Part shown: in pieces, positions 12,966 to 28,259 of the stretch
Layout: each line of letters starts with the position of its first letter
How positions within the stretch are numbered: the stretch's first letter is position 1
Source of the DNA: the human T2T-CHM13v2.0 reference genome, Homo sapiens
Length of the DNA stretch: 64,000 bases
NCBI RefSeq assembly: GCF_009914755.1
Contig: NC_060930.1
Strand: one strand, 5' to 3'
Program-made: the position numbers and the translations under genes
The notes under the pieces: generated by a model
Seen by the model: the letters and a program-made list of their open reading frames with translations, nothing else
What the model was told of the DNA's origin: nothing
Databases searched by the model: none

Positions 12966-14420
12966 AGGGAGTGGGGGCGCAGAGGAGAGGTATTAGGGAG
13001 GGAAGGGGGAGGAGGGCAGGGTGGCTCAAATGTGCCCGGAGGGCCTGAGATGCCTGTCACTGGCTGGCATGGGCAAGGTGCCGTTTCCCGCACTGCACCT
13101 CATCCTCAATACCAGTGCTTCTGACTGCGTCAGACAGTACCCTTCTTGCCCCCGTTTGTCCCCTCGTTCTGTGGGTCGCATTTAGGGTATGCGGCCGCCC
13201 TGCAGGGTAGACAGTCTTATTCGAAGGGGAGAGGTATGTTCGGCTGGTCTGGGTACACAGACGTGCTCAACACCTATCCTTTCCCTTTCCCTTTTCTTCT
13301 GTGAGGCTTTGTCTTTTGCTGAGGATGGATGAGGCCACGTTCTGAGCTTTTTCTGTGTTCGTTTAGAGCCAAAGGCAGGAACTACATTGATTCTGTGGTC
13401 CCCAGAGCACACTGCTTTGCGTATAGTGGGCATGCCATAAATATTTATGGAATGATTGATTGGGCTAGGTTAGTGTTGCTGGACATGAAAAGAAAGGAGA
13501 TGAATTTGAGACTTTGTAAATGGAAAAACTGTAGGACTTGATGAATACTTTTATAATGAGAGTATATCGGTTTCTTCTTCTTTATTTATCAACTTCTGTG
13601 AATGAGCTGAATGTGAATTTCTACATTAAAATTTAATTTGTTAAACTCAGAAGCAAAGGCTCAAATCAGCTGCTTTGGCTGGGAGTCCCCAGGCCTGGGG
13701 CCGTCATTTGGCTCTGGCTTGAGTCTCACTAACAGGACGCCTTATTGACAAGTGACTCTGGCTCTCACCTGATTAAACAGCTCTGGCTCATAAACTGGCA
13801 GGTAAAAGCTTTGGAATGGGCCTGGGAAGGCTGAGAGTGATGGTAATGACAGTCTGTGAGTGGCCAGCGATGCAAGCGTAATCCTAAGGATTAATTCTTT
13901 TGATTGTCGAATTACGTCTTGTGCGGATTTGCCATTTTCAGAAGCGCACAGAGCTCACCTGTTGAGTAACCGCGCCACTTCCTGGTCCCTACCACAGGCC
14001 GGCCAGGGAAGCGGGGGCTCCCCGCCAGAACACTGCCTCGCCTTCATCACAGCACCAGTTGCCGGTGTTGGTTGCGGCACCTCAGGTGCTCCATCCAGCA
14101 GCCCTCCAGGCAGGTGCTGTCACTGTCCCCTCTCACCGGGGAGGAAACCCGGCCTTTTCCCTTGGCTTCTCTGCCACCTGAGCCTTGACCCTCAACATCC
14201 CCCCTCCGCCCCCGCCCCCCCCCCCCCAGCCACTGTAGTCTCCCTGTGCACTCTGGAGTCACCGTCCTGCCAAGAACCCCAGTGACCTCCTCCCCAGCCT
14301 TGTCCTGCACCACCTCAACTCGCTAAGTTCCAGCCACCTTGCCCTTCTTTACTCCAAAGACCTCAGGGCATTTCGCTGCCTGCCCGGCCTGCTCTCTGCC
14401 CTTCCCCTTCAGCCACCACC

Positions 14421-14476
14421 GGAAATCAGGAAAGTGGGAAACCGGCAAAGCGGGAAAGTGGGAAAGCGGGAAGGCG
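14421..14476. repeat. 8-bp periodic array (GGAAAGYG)7, degenerate
   Basis: ggaaatca ggaaagtg ggaaaccg gcaaagcg ggaaagtg ggaaagcg ggaaggcg. Confidence 0.8.
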
Positions 14477-14597
14477 GAGGCTCCCTGATCAGCAGCACAG
14501 CCAGTTCCAGAATTGGGGAATGATTCTGCCTTGGGGGCAGACTCCTGCTCTTTTGTGCGCCAGGCATTAGACACAGAAGAGGAGGCGCTGTTTCTTG

Positions 14598-15260
14598 TCC
14601 ATTCAATCCATTTGCTGAGTGTCTTGTGCGGAAGGCTGTGTTCTACCTGCTGGGACTATTGCAGTGAACTAAGCAAAGCCCCTGGCCTCATGCAGTTTAC
14701 AATCTAGGGCATGAAGAAATCACTTTACCATGGGACAGGTAGGTGCTGAGAGCCGGGAGGGGAAGACCAGGAGGTGAGGTGCTTGGGAGTGGCCAGGAGC
14801 AGGGTGATTTTAGAAGAGACAGGCGTGAGTGGGGACCCAGATGGGAGGAGGGGTGCTTTGCATAAGACATTCCAGGCAAGGCGCGCCCTGGGAGCACAGA
14901 CCTGGCTAGTTCTTGGAACAGCAAGAAAGGCTGTGGGAAGGGAAGGCAGGGAGGGAAGGATACAAGGAGATAAGATATTACAGCAGGGGAGGGTCCTGGA
15001 GGTCAGTATGGGGTGGGAAGCCTCTGGAGGGTTTGAGGCAGGGGAGTCACCTTTTAGGTTTGAAAAGTTTGCCCTGGCACTTGAAAGGCAGAAGCAAGGA
15101 GACTGAGGTGCTACTGCAATGATCCAGGCAAAGATGGTGGCACTGGGACCAGGCTGTGTCATTGTAGGTACAGAAGTGGCAGGACATGAGATGTGGTCTA
15201 GGGAAGAGCTGATGGATTGGATGTGGGCGCAGGAAGAGAGGAGTCAAGGATGAAAGGGGG
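14598..15260 (-). mobile_element. L2 (L2a/b-like) fragment
   Basis: 'ccattcaatccatttgctgag', 'cattccaggcaagg', 'ctactgcaatgatccaggcaaagatggtggc', 'gatggattggatgtggg...gaggagtcaaggatga'. Confidence 0.8.
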
Positions 15261-17708
15261 AGGCGGAAAGGCAAGTTGGGGACCCGTGACCTTGTGATGA
15301 AGGCCTGTCTGCAGGCAGATAAACACCAGCCACCGCAAGGGCGAGCGGGACGGTCTGAGGGCTGGCACAGGCCCGGGCTCCAGGCGGAGAGGGGAAAGAA
15401 GTCAGCCCTGTTGGTGAGGGCTCTGCAGAGGCCGGACACACAGAGGGAGCCTTCCTCCAGGAGCTTCAGTGATGGCCTCTCCTGGCAGCAGAGTGTTTGC
15501 AAATCCCCTGAAGCCAGAAGCATGCCAGTCAGACGAATTTCCTGGGAAACCATTCAACAATAGGGGAGCCCTCCCAACCCACAGGCCCACTGCTGTGAGA
15601 GGTGACCCAGAAAAGCATGAGCCACATCCGTGACAGTGGGATGGACACCATCAGGATGGGTGCTGTGTGGGCACAGCCCTGGAACTTCCAAAGCAGCGAT
15701 GCTGTCCTGAGGGTCTCAGGCATTTTGGGGTGCAGAAGCTTTTCCTGGGAAGTGCCCGCTTCGTGTCTGCGCACCCAGGTCCGCCGTCCTGTCTGGGAAG
15801 TAGGCCGGCACACACAGGTGACACAATCCCCGCCCTTGGCTGTGGAGCATTGGGGGACTGGTTCTTGCCCAGGGTCACTGTGTCCCTCTGCCGCTCCCAT
15901 GGCACCTCTTATTCAAGCTTGTCCTCAGCTCTAATTGTCAGCTCAGCTCAAGGCCACACCTGGATATCAAACCTTTAATGCCTGACAACAGCTGGAAGCA
16001 AGGAGTGGGGCTTTATGTGGCTTGGGGTACCCTTGTTTGTAAAGAAGAGTGGTCCTCCCCACAGGAGCCCTGCAGGGCCCTGGCTTGGCTCTGGCTTTTG
16101 AGCAACCTTAGCCATTTTGCTTCCTCAGCTTAAGCCTTTATTGCTTCAACTCTAAAATGAGCGGGTTGGACTTGATCACCTCTGAGGTCCCTTTAAAGTC
16201 CCTACATTCTGAAATGCTGAGGCCAGAGCCCCTGGGATGTCACTAACATGCAGTTGACTGTGAAGTGCTGGGCCCTCCCTGGGAACTGTTTGACACAAAG
16301 ATGGGAGACCAGCCGTCCTTGGATGCCTGTCCCTCCTCCGACCTTCCCCTGCACCCTCTGACACTCTTCTCTGCCACCACCCTCCCTGCGGGCTCTGCAT
16401 GCTTTCTGCCTAGACATCCAAATGGCGGGATAGTAATGATCTCTGGTCTGGAGAGGTAGACAGGGCATTTGTTCTGATTTCCACTTGAAAGATGGTGAAT
16501 CTGAGGTTTAGAAAGGGCAGCCAGGAAACAACATGTGGCCTGGACTGCAGGGCTCTGGAAGCTCTTTCCAAATTATGCAAGATGCCGAGGACTGTGAGCA
16601 GATTTTTATAAAGGGGGACATGACTTACTTTCCTTGTAGATCATGGCCACTTTGAGAGCACCCATTCTTTTAAAATCTTTTGTTCCAGTGCAGGTCACTT
16701 TGTTTCATTAAGGAAGCTTACAAGGAAATAAGTTTTTAAAAATCCAATAAATACAAAGGGAGACAATGATAAATTGCATTTTATGGGCTCTAAGGTCTCA
16801 AAACCATTTCATTTCCTGAATGCATAATTCCAAATCCGTTTCATATCCTGAATTCATAGTCTACATTTAAAAAGTGCCAGGGACAGTCAAACCAACAGGC
16901 AAATAATGCTCATCGATACCTTGAAAGTCTCTTCTTGTCTCAACCCCTAAAGACTGCGTTTTCCTCTCCCATGGTTCCCTAGAAATCATGTAGCTTAGAT
17001 TTGGTATCTCAGCTTTTCTTGACAGCTGTGTTATGCCACTACATGGGACTACAGCCTCCCATGGTGCCTTTTTGGGATTTTTTTTTTTATTTTTTCATTT
17101 CAAAATGGATGCAGAAAAGTATACCCCAAGGAGATTTATAGTGTTTTTTTGCAAACTCCTTCCCCTCAAAGCTTCCATCTGTAGATTCCTCACTAAGCAC
17201 TGATGAGATGCAAACTTCTATTTTTTGGAGAATTTAAATAAGCTATAATTTTGTTGTCCTATGTAACTATGAGATTTTTTTTTAAAGCAGTCTAAAATGG
17301 GAGTTTCTAGAATACAAGCCTTCTGCCTTTCCTGTTTCATTCATTTAACAAATATTTCTGCTGTACGTGCACTGGGTGAGCACTATGAGCAATACAAATG
17401 TTAACTGGGCCCATTTCTGCCCTCGAGTTCCTTGCAGCCAGAAAGGCTGCTCATGTATCATGGATGCCTATAATCCCAGCCAGCCAGTGGCTGCTGCCTC
17501 TAAGGACGGACTTTGCACAGCATCAGAGACCCCAGAAGCAGGACAACAAACCCAGAGAGGCATGAGGGAAGGAGGTTGTTGGATGGCCATGGGAGGGTAC
17601 ATGACATTTCATCAGGAGAAGATGGCAGGAAAGAGCAGCATTCATAAAGGCAGAGCAGGAGGATGGTGGTGCCAAGCAGTTTTGGGAAATGTTGAGAAGT
17701 TCGGGTTG

Positions 17709-18037
<329 letters not shown>

Positions 18038-18395
18038 TAAATGTGCTTTTGGTCATAAAGCACATTTCTTTACATACATTGTACCCAATTCCACATGTTT
18101 TGTGGCCAGGAATGCCTGTTCTCCTGATAAAGTGGATTCTTCCTCTTGCCATATCCTTTCTTGGAGCCAAGAGTCACAAACCAGTAGCCAGCAACCTCTG
18201 TGACTGCCGGCTGTATCTCCCCAGGGTGGTTCTGAGATGGGAGGTCGAGTGAAGCACGGTGGTCCCACCAGTTCACTAGGACTGTCTCTAGGGTCTCTGT
18301 GCATAGGCCTCATGTGGCCTGTTGGGTATGGGGGTGGAGGTGTTCCATTGAGGGCTGGTCCCCTCCCACATTGGGGAGGAAGTTAACCCCCCCCA

Positions 18396-18845
18396 TGCTA
18401 TTTTAGGTTGAATTCTGTTCCCCAAAAAGATATGTTGGAGTCCTAACCCCCAGGACCTCAGAATGTGACCTTATTTGGGACATTGGTTCTTTACAGAGGT
18501 AATTAAATTAAAATGTATTCATATGGGTAGACCCTAATCAGATATGACTAGTGCCCTTATCAAAAGGGGACATTTGGACAGAGATGGACATACACAAAGG
18601 GAAGATAATGTGAAGACCCATAGGGAGAAGATGGGCATGTGCCTGGGGTGATGCACCCACAAGCCAACAATGCCAGGAATTGCTGGCAAGGAAGGACCCT
18701 CCCCTACAGTTTAAGAAAGAACATGGACCTGCCACCACCTTAAATTTGGACTTCCAGCCTCCTAAACTGTCAGACCCTACATTTCTGTTGTTTTCAGTCA
18801 CCCAGTTTGAGGCACTGGTTATGGCGGCCCTAGGAATCCAATACA
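18396..18845 (+). mobile_element. MLT1B/C-like MaLR solo LTR
   Basis: TG...CA termini; 'gatatgttggagtcctaacccccagg...gaatgtgaccttatttgg', 'ggacttccagcctcc', 'gttatggcggccctaggaatccaataca'. Confidence 0.88.
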
Positions 18846-20168
18846 CACGCCGACCTGCATGAACTGCCCAAGGGCTTCCTTTGACACAGGTCTTGGCAGT
18901 CATATGGCATTTCCTCCACCATTTCCTCTTGCTCTCCTCTTCCTCTCTGCTTTTCCTGTGAACACAGTCACATGAAATATTGTGTGTGGGTAGAGGTAGG
19001 GTGGTGTAGCAAAGCCAAGATCCAGGCCAGCATGAGTGGGTGGGTTAGGGAAGGGGAAGGAGCTGCGGGACTACAGTCCAGGGGTCTGCTCGGAGTAGCA
19101 TTGGATAAGGGAGGAAACAGAAGGTGAAATTAAAAACGTGATGATTTGGAAGAGCAAAGCTCTTTGATTTTGAAAATTATTCCTCATTTTGGACAGTGAC
19201 TATGGTGACTGTAATGAGGGAAGCGGGAAGGAATTTCCATTTTAAGAACAATTGTGGGTTCCATTACCAATGTGATTAACTTCAGGGACTGGAAAAGGTG
19301 GAGCTTTGAGGGGCTTTCTGGAAATTCCACAGTTATAGATAGTTTGAAAGGTATAGTTTTGAAAACATGGTGGAATATGGCATTCATGGATTAGGATTAA
19401 AAGTTTTCACTCTTCTGTGAGTATTCCCGAAGGGCCATGATATATACAAAGTGGTAATAGTTTGCAATGACGTTGCCTCATGTGGGGTGTGGTAAGGATT
19501 AAGTGGAATTTGCATGTAATGTGTATACCCCAGTGTGAACCCCACAAGGAAGGAGTTATGAGGATTAGGCTCTGATGGGCCCATGGCAGCCCAGCACCTC
19601 CATCCCATTTACAGGATGAATTTGGGGATGTGACCGTCTGAGATCTGTGAAGAGCTCATGATGAAATCCACCAGAAGATATCTGCCAAGGAGAAGCAACA
19701 TCTGAGCATATTGTTCATGAATTACAGGATCAGTGAATTAGTTCTGGCTTTCAACCCAACACGCTCATTTTCACCAGATGAGGAGCCTGTATCTCAGTGA
19801 CTTGCCCAATCATACTACTAAAGATAGTGAGTCAGAACCAGAGTCCAATTTCTACCATCCTGATCAACAAACATTTTCAAGTAATTACCATGGGGCCAGC
19901 ACCAGGAAACATACTTTCTGTCTTCTCATAGCTTATAACCTAATCAAAGAGACAATGCCAATATCTCAGCATTGTTTGATGAAGACAGTAAGGGCAACAG
20001 GAGGAACAGGAGCTTTCCATAATCCCTTAACGTGGAAAACTCTGCTTTTCTTCATCTGGAACCTGGAATAATATTTGTCTTGCCTCCTGAACTTGTTACA
20101 TGAAAATGCTTTGAAAACTAAAATGATGCACTATGAATGGAGGACATGTTAGCAATAAAGAGCCGGGG

Positions 20169-20299
20169 GGCTGGGTGCAGTGGCTCATGCCTGTAATTCC
20201 AGCAGTTTGGGAGGCTTAGGTGGGCGGATCTCTTAAGGCCAGGAGTTCGAGACCAGCCTGGACAACATAGTGAGACCACATCTCAAAAAAAAAAAAAAA
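20169..20299 (+). mobile_element. FLAM_C / Alu left monomer
   Basis: Single Alu monomer followed directly by poly-A. Confidence 0.85.
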
Positions 20300-21218
20300 T
20301 TCAGAGAAGTGAGAGGCAGATGTAGACTTGGAGAGTGGAAGGTAGAGCGCAGCCCTTACAGTGGATATAATTTTGACATTTGTGGCTGAGGAGAGTGTCC
20401 AGGAAGAATGAATAGGATGAGCAGAGGTGGAAAAGTGTAAATTGGGGAAAGAGAATATTGATCAAATTGATGAGTTTGGCTGATATGGTGAGTTACTGTG
20501 TATCTTTCAGCCGGTATTTGGAGGCAAGTCCAAATCAGTGACTCGAGGGATTTGGTGCAGAACAGTAGGTACTGTTAGACAGATATTATTATCATTGCAC
20601 TGATATTATTATTTGTGGAAGGTCTTTGAGATAAACATGATCTCTTCAGTATCTTTGTAAACATCTGTCCCATTGAACAGGGAGAAAACATATTTTTGAA
20701 ACAGATGTTAGCACCTTATTCATACTGTCTCTTGTCCTGCTTTATTTCTTTTCATGTAAAAAAGTTAAAATAGAAAACAGCAAATTCAGATAAAGGTGGT
20801 AGTATATCCAGAGAATAGTGCAAAAACATCTGTCAAGCTAAACTTGGGACTTTATTAATAGGTTAAAGCCGCCTATGGCTGTTATCTGTTTCCATTGCAT
20901 TGAGTTCAGTGGTTGTTATGCTGGAACAGCTGAGCAGATTTTTACCTCCTGTGCTTAATATTAATTTGATTCATATGGGTTCTTAATAGCTCTGGTGAAG
21001 TGGAACTGTGTTTGACACTACTTTTGTTTGTGGTTAGATGATGTATTCAGTTCTGAAACTTGAAGAGAAAAAAAAAAAGAAAATGCTGATAACCTGCCCA
21101 GTTTTAATCCCATTTGCCCCCTGTAGCTCATAAAACTCTTGTAGCTAAACTTCCACTGGGGATCAGAGAACACTTTTGGTGTGTCGGCACTGCTGTTTCA
21201 TCTTTTGCTGTGGAGCTG

Positions 21219-21575
21219 TGTTTTAGTCTGTTTAGGCTGGCAAAATACCCTAGATTGGGTAGCTTAAAAACAGACTTCTTGGAGTTCTGGAGGCTGGAAA
21301 GTCCAAGATCAAGAGTCCAGCAGATCAGGTATCTTGTGAGGGTGGCTTCCTGGTTTGCGGGTGGTGCCTTCTCCTTGTGTCCTCGTGTGGCTGAGGGAGC
21401 CAGCCCCAGGCTCTTCCTCTTCTTCTAAGGACACTAATCCCATCATGGGGCCCCACACTTATGATCTCATTTAACTTGTGTCACCTCTCAAAGCCCCCCA
21501 CCCCGATATCATCCCATTGGAAGTTAGGGTTTCAACATATATATGAATTTTGGGGAACCCATTCGCTCCATAGCA
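21219..21575 (-). mobile_element. MLT1A-like MaLR solo LTR
   Basis: 'gttctggaggctggaaagtccaagatcaag', 'cactaatcccatcatgggg', 'tttcaacatat..gaattttggg...ccatagca'. Confidence 0.88.
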
Positions 21576-21858
21576 AACAGCATTTGGTTTGAGACCGTCA
21601 GTCCAGAACCTGCCTCACCAAAAGGGTTTTGTTACTGCCATTCCCCATGGACTTCTTTACAAGGGATGCTCCTGGGATGACAGCAACATGACGATGGTGT
21701 TCCATGTCACAGGATGAGCAAGTTTTTGCTACTTGGATCACCCTATGCATATAAGCAACCACCTGCTTATCATAATGGTCTAAAATATTTCACTTGAAGA
21801 AGTAGGGATGTGTTTGAATTTTATAACTCTTAGGTCTTCAGCTCACAGGAGACAAATC

Positions 21859-22640
21859 GATTGATTGATTCATTCATTCATTCAACGAATATTTGCTGAG
21901 GACTGAGGAATATTCTAGGTGCTAAATAATTTAGCCATGAATGAGACAAAATCCCTGCCTTCAAGGGGCTTATGTTCTAGTAGGGATGTCTGACAATGAG
22001 GAAGTCCACAAATATATGTATAACATAATATCAGATTATTATGACTGATAGAAGAAAATTAAGAAGGGTGAAGCAGTAGACCATGACTTGAGGAGATGAG
22101 GCTGTGTTAGATTAGTTAGTCAGGGAAGGCATATATTTGAAGAGGTGACACTGAGCAGAAATCTGAAAGAAGGGATTGAGACTTGAATATATGAGGGAAG
22201 AGCATTCCAGGGAGAGGGAACAGCTAGTGCAAAGGCCCTGAGGTGGGGATGAACTTTGCATGTTTGAGGCATGGGAAGAAGATCAACGTCACTGGAGTGC
22301 AGTGGAGAACAAGAGAGTGAGTGGGAGGAAGAGGATGCCACTGAGAGAGCTAGGGGCCAGATCAGGTAGGGCCTTAAAGACCATGGTGGGGACATTAGGT
22401 TTTGTTCTTAGTATAACTGGAAGTCATTTTTAAAAGATTACTCTAGCTGCTGTGTAGAGAGTGGGACGTAAGGGGGCAGGAGAGGAAATGGGAAATTACA
22501 GAAGCTATCATAAGATTTCAGTTGAGAGACGAGGGTGGACTTGGACCAGGGCTCATGATGGAAGAGATGGGAAGTAACTCGAATTAGGAGCATTTTGACA
22601 GTGACACGATTTGCCAGTGGATGAATGTGGGGTGTGATTA
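21859..22640 (-). mobile_element. L2a-like fragment including the 3' (ATTC)n tail
   Basis: 'attcattcattcattcaacgaatatttgctgag', 'gagcattccagggagagggaacagc..tgcaaaggccctgaggtggg'. Confidence 0.88.
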
Positions 22641-24654
22641 TCAGGGAAACAGCTTTGCTCTTATTCTCCAGGTAGAGATGCTGTGGACCACAACCATGAA
22701 CCCCCACCCACTGCCCAAGAACAGACATGGTCCATCGTGGTGGAATCCGTGGCCCTTTCATGAAAGTGAAGGATGGACAAAGCCTTAAAATGGCTTCCAT
22801 CACTTAAAAGTTTAAAACATTTTAAATGTGATTCATTTTCTGTGAAGAATAGAACCAAGATTTTGCTTGCTTTGTATCACCTTTTAAAACCCTTTTCTCA
22901 GTAACCTTTCAAAACCACAGCCGATGTTCCTTAGTTGGAAAAATTAAGTAGATTGCAATTTCCAGGAAGACAAGACCCATCATCGTGGGCACGTTATGAA
23001 GTTCATTATTTAGCATATTGGAAAGATTGGATTTGTTTACAGTTTCTTCTGCTGGATGGTAATCCTAGACAGAATCAGCACAGTTAATGGTGAAAAAGAG
23101 GCAAATAATGAAAATTCAGATTTTTCTCTTCCCATTTCTGGTAGTTCAGATTTTAGATAATTTTCTTTTAGACACAATACCCTGTTGGCTTGACTCATTT
23201 TGGATTTCTGGTTTCCTTTTGTTCTGTCATTATTTTTTCCTTCCTTCCTCCAAGTCTGTTTATCACATTTTTCCCCTGTAAAAATAATTTGACATACTTT
23301 ATATGGTTTCTAAATTTGTCTAAGACAACTATGCAATTGTTTAGGGTGCTTTTGTAAAAAAAACAATGTACAGAATTAAAATAATGTGATTTGGGGGAAG
23401 TGTCAACTATTTCTTGGTCTTTTTCCAAGAACAATTATTCCAGGAATCTGTTGTATTCTAAATTAGCTGTATCTTTCTTATTCTTTAAGATTGCATTTAC
23501 GGCCTGTGATTAGATATTTTCATAACACTGAAATTTAAGCCTTGACATTAAAATGATGTCAGCTCTTGTTTTGTATCCATGAACATGCAAAGTTATTAAA
23601 AAGTGCATTCATGTTCAGAGAGCTCTTGCATTTCTAAAGTTAGTATTGTTTTATTTTGGAATGTACTGACAAGACTAGCACTCCTGTTGCTGATTTCCTC
23701 ATGCAAACAAAGGCCATGATTTTTGCATTTTACTGGTTCATGGAGCTGGTAGTTTGTAGCAGAGTATCAATGGTTAGTTTTATGTTGAATCTGATTTGGT
23801 AAGATTGTTGTTCTCCAGCTGACATAGTTATTGCTCAGATTCTCTATTGTTAAGAATATAATTTAATTGAATGATGCCTTACTTCTCCTAAAGAGGAAAA
23901 ATATTTCAGCTTCTTCAGGACACAGGACTGTGTTTTAGTCTGGAAGGATTCTAAGGCCAAGACTCAGCCTTTGACCACACATGGCCACCGTGGAGGTCAG
24001 TCTTCATGCACTCCCCCAATGGCATTAACACCACAGATATGTACGGAGCACTTATGATGTATTCTCATAATCCACCCAACAGTCTTGAAGTGTTCTTCTT
24101 GCTGCAATTGAGAAGTTAATTGAATCTCAGAGACAGTAGATGTCTTTCTCAGGGCCCACAGGAGTAACCAGCAGGACCAGTGGTCACATCTGGTGGAAAG
24201 GAGGCTGCAAAGTACAGGACAGCATAACACCTTCCTTTAAGATATGCACAGCCTAGAAGGGAAGACCAAGAAAGTCATTATAGAAACGGCAAGAAGACCA
24301 TTGCATGTAAGCAAGGACACCGTGACTGTATGTGAGCCAAAAGTGTCCCCATACATGTTGAGAGAGAGTGGATGACAGAGCAGTCAGGCAGTAGCTGTGG
24401 GAGCAGTAGTCAGGAGATTTCTTCACATTTAATTAGCAGCAACTATTCTGAATGATCCTGTTCAAGGGTTTTCAAAACCTGCCTTGGAAAGAAAGTCCAT
24501 GCTCAGCAACCCCAAATTTCTGAGTCTTGTCCCTGCTACCTGATCCCCATCTCACACCACTCACCTCCTCCTGCCTGGAGATGATGAGGGATCTCAGGCT
24601 TATCTATACATGTCCACCTGTTGCTACTGCCCAGCTGCCCACATGTGCTAGTAA

Positions 24655-25330
<676 letters not shown>

Positions 25331-26206
25331 ACTGCTGCTTGTGAGAGGAAGGAAGGATTTTTCAAGATGCTTCTACTAGTCCTGTCTTTTTCTGTCTTTA
25401 GACAGATTTGGCTTACATCTCCGCTCCTGAACTTTCAAGAGATGTGGGATTCCCTTAGACTATCCATGCCCTCATTTTGAGCTGAGCTCCAATCTCCAAG
25501 CCACAGGCTGCTGTTTAATGGGGGTGGAGTTGAGTGATTGCAGCATCAGCCACAATGCTCATTACACAAAGACAAGTAGTCACTCAGAGTCACCTACTGT
25601 CTCCTGATGTGTCTTGATTTTCATCCTCCTATTGAATTTTGGATTAATGAATAGTGTGATACACAGTATGACGAAATGAATTGCCTAAAATTATTAGGCG
25701 CCAGGTGGTAGACAATCTAAAAACATGAAAACATGCTCAGCCTCATTAGTAATCAGGAAAATGTAAATTAGGATCACAGTGACATGCTTTTTACTCCCAC
25801 AAAGTTGGCAAAAATTAAGAAGTCTGACATTACCAAGCGTTGGCAATGATGCGTATGAGGAAACAGCACGGCTCATATAAGGCTCGTGGGAGTGTAATTT
25901 GGTGCCACCACTTTGGATAAAAAATTGGTATTATCTTATAAAGCAGAATGCACATCTACCCTCTGACTCAACAATTCCATTTGTAAGTATATATACTAGA
26001 AACATATTTGCAATTTCTTGAGGAGATATGTTTGAGATTGTTCATGATGATAACTGTTCACAATAGCAAAAAACTGGAAACAATATAAATGTTCAAGAAA
26101 AAGGGAACAAATAAATGCACCATGGGAGATTCATACAGTGGAGTATTATCCAGCAGTGGAAACCAGAGAAACTGCAGCTACATGCAGCAACATGGGCATA
26201 TATATA

Positions 26207-26461
26207 TTTTTTTTTTGTTTGCTTGTTTGTTTGTTTTTTGAGATGGAGTCTCGCTGTGCCGCCCAGGCTGGAGTGCAGTGGCGCGATCTCAGCTCACTGC
26301 AAGCTCCGCCTCCCGGGTTCACGCCCGGCTAATTTTTTGTATTTTTTTTTTTTTTAGTAGAGACGGGGTTTTACCGTGGTCTCGATCTCCTGACCTCGTG
26401 ATCTGCCTGCCTCGGCTTCCCAAAGTGCTGGGATTACAGGCGTGAGCCACCGCACCCAGCC
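26207..26461 (-). mobile_element. AluY-lineage element with the 12-bp left-arm deletion (Yd/Yc3-type) plus an internal deletion of about 56 bp
   Basis: 'accgtggtctcgatctc' lacks the usual 'gttagccaggat'; 'gggttcacgcccggctaa' joins two cacgcc copies. Confidence 0.85.
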
Positions 26462-26463
26462 TA

Positions 26464-27124
<661 letters not shown>

Positions 27125-28259
27125 ATAACATGTTTATAAAACTCAAAAGCAAGCATATTCAAGCAATAAATTGTTCAGAGGCATTTGTGCATGGTAAAAC
27201 TATGTTTAAAAGCAAGGACAGTTTCCTAGGGAGGGAGTCGTCTGGAAGGTAAGATCCAACGGTATTGGTAATGGGATCTAATCTTTAGTTGGGTGGTAGG
27301 ATTGGAAGTATTGTTTTATTTGGGGGCTTCATGACTTTCTGTCTATTCATATAAAATATTACATAATAATCTTTAAAGTCTTTGCTAAGTTTACCATCAT
27401 TTGCGTAGTTCAGGGAGAGGACCTAGAATATAACTAAGGCAACAGGAAAATAATGTTCGAAGGGGATTAGAGAAGTCCACATCATCTCAATGACAAAGAA
27501 CTCACTGAGTTCTTAAGAAAATGTGACTGAGTGCAGTAGAGTGGCAAAGTAAGAGGAAGCCATGCCTGCTGAATGAATTAACAATTTATGAGGGAACAAA
27601 TCATCATGTGGTTGGGGGAACCAGTGGCTGTAATCTATTTAGGCCAAAGTATATGATTAAAGGCTGTACCATGAGTTATTAAAACCCTGACGTCCTTGTG
27701 ACTTGGCGAAATGTTTGTTCATGGATAGGGAGGCAGGGATCAGAAGTTAAAAAAAAAATTTGTTTAAACGAAGAATTAAATTGAGTCTTCATCTTTGTGT
27801 AGAAGTATAAGAGTTTTGTTTCTGTAGTCATCAGAGTTGATATTTGCCAGTAGCACATTTTCAGTGAATGATTTGGAAGGGCAAGAAAATCCCTTGGTCA
27901 GATGTAACTGAGTGCACCCAAGTGCTGAAACACTGAACAAATGCAGCTCGGTCAATGAGATCAGGGCCTGTTTGGCTCAGAAATACAGCAGATGAGCTCT
28001 AGTGTAGATAGCACCTGTGCTTGGTAACTTGCACCTCTCATTAAAGTCTTCTCTAGGCACTGATCATCCGTGGGAAAACACTGTAGCTTGGGTGGTTAAA
28101 GGCTTTTCCCACACTTAGTCTGGAATGGAATCTCTTCATGGTTAAATAGTAAGTTCTATTTCTGGTGTCATTTGTGTGACTCAGCACAATCTCATTATCC
28201 CTCTTTAGAAACATCCATGTCTCATTCACAACCTAAAACCCAGACTGAGTCCAGGGTTG

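Noticed and set aside
19654-19707. Box C (ATGATGA 19658-19664) and box D (CTGA 19702-19705) resembling a C/D snoRNA
   Set aside because: Only 48 nt from C to D, terminal stem of about 2 bp in k-turn register, and no evident C'/D' boxes or recognisable rRNA guide; snoScan or small-RNA-seq would settle it
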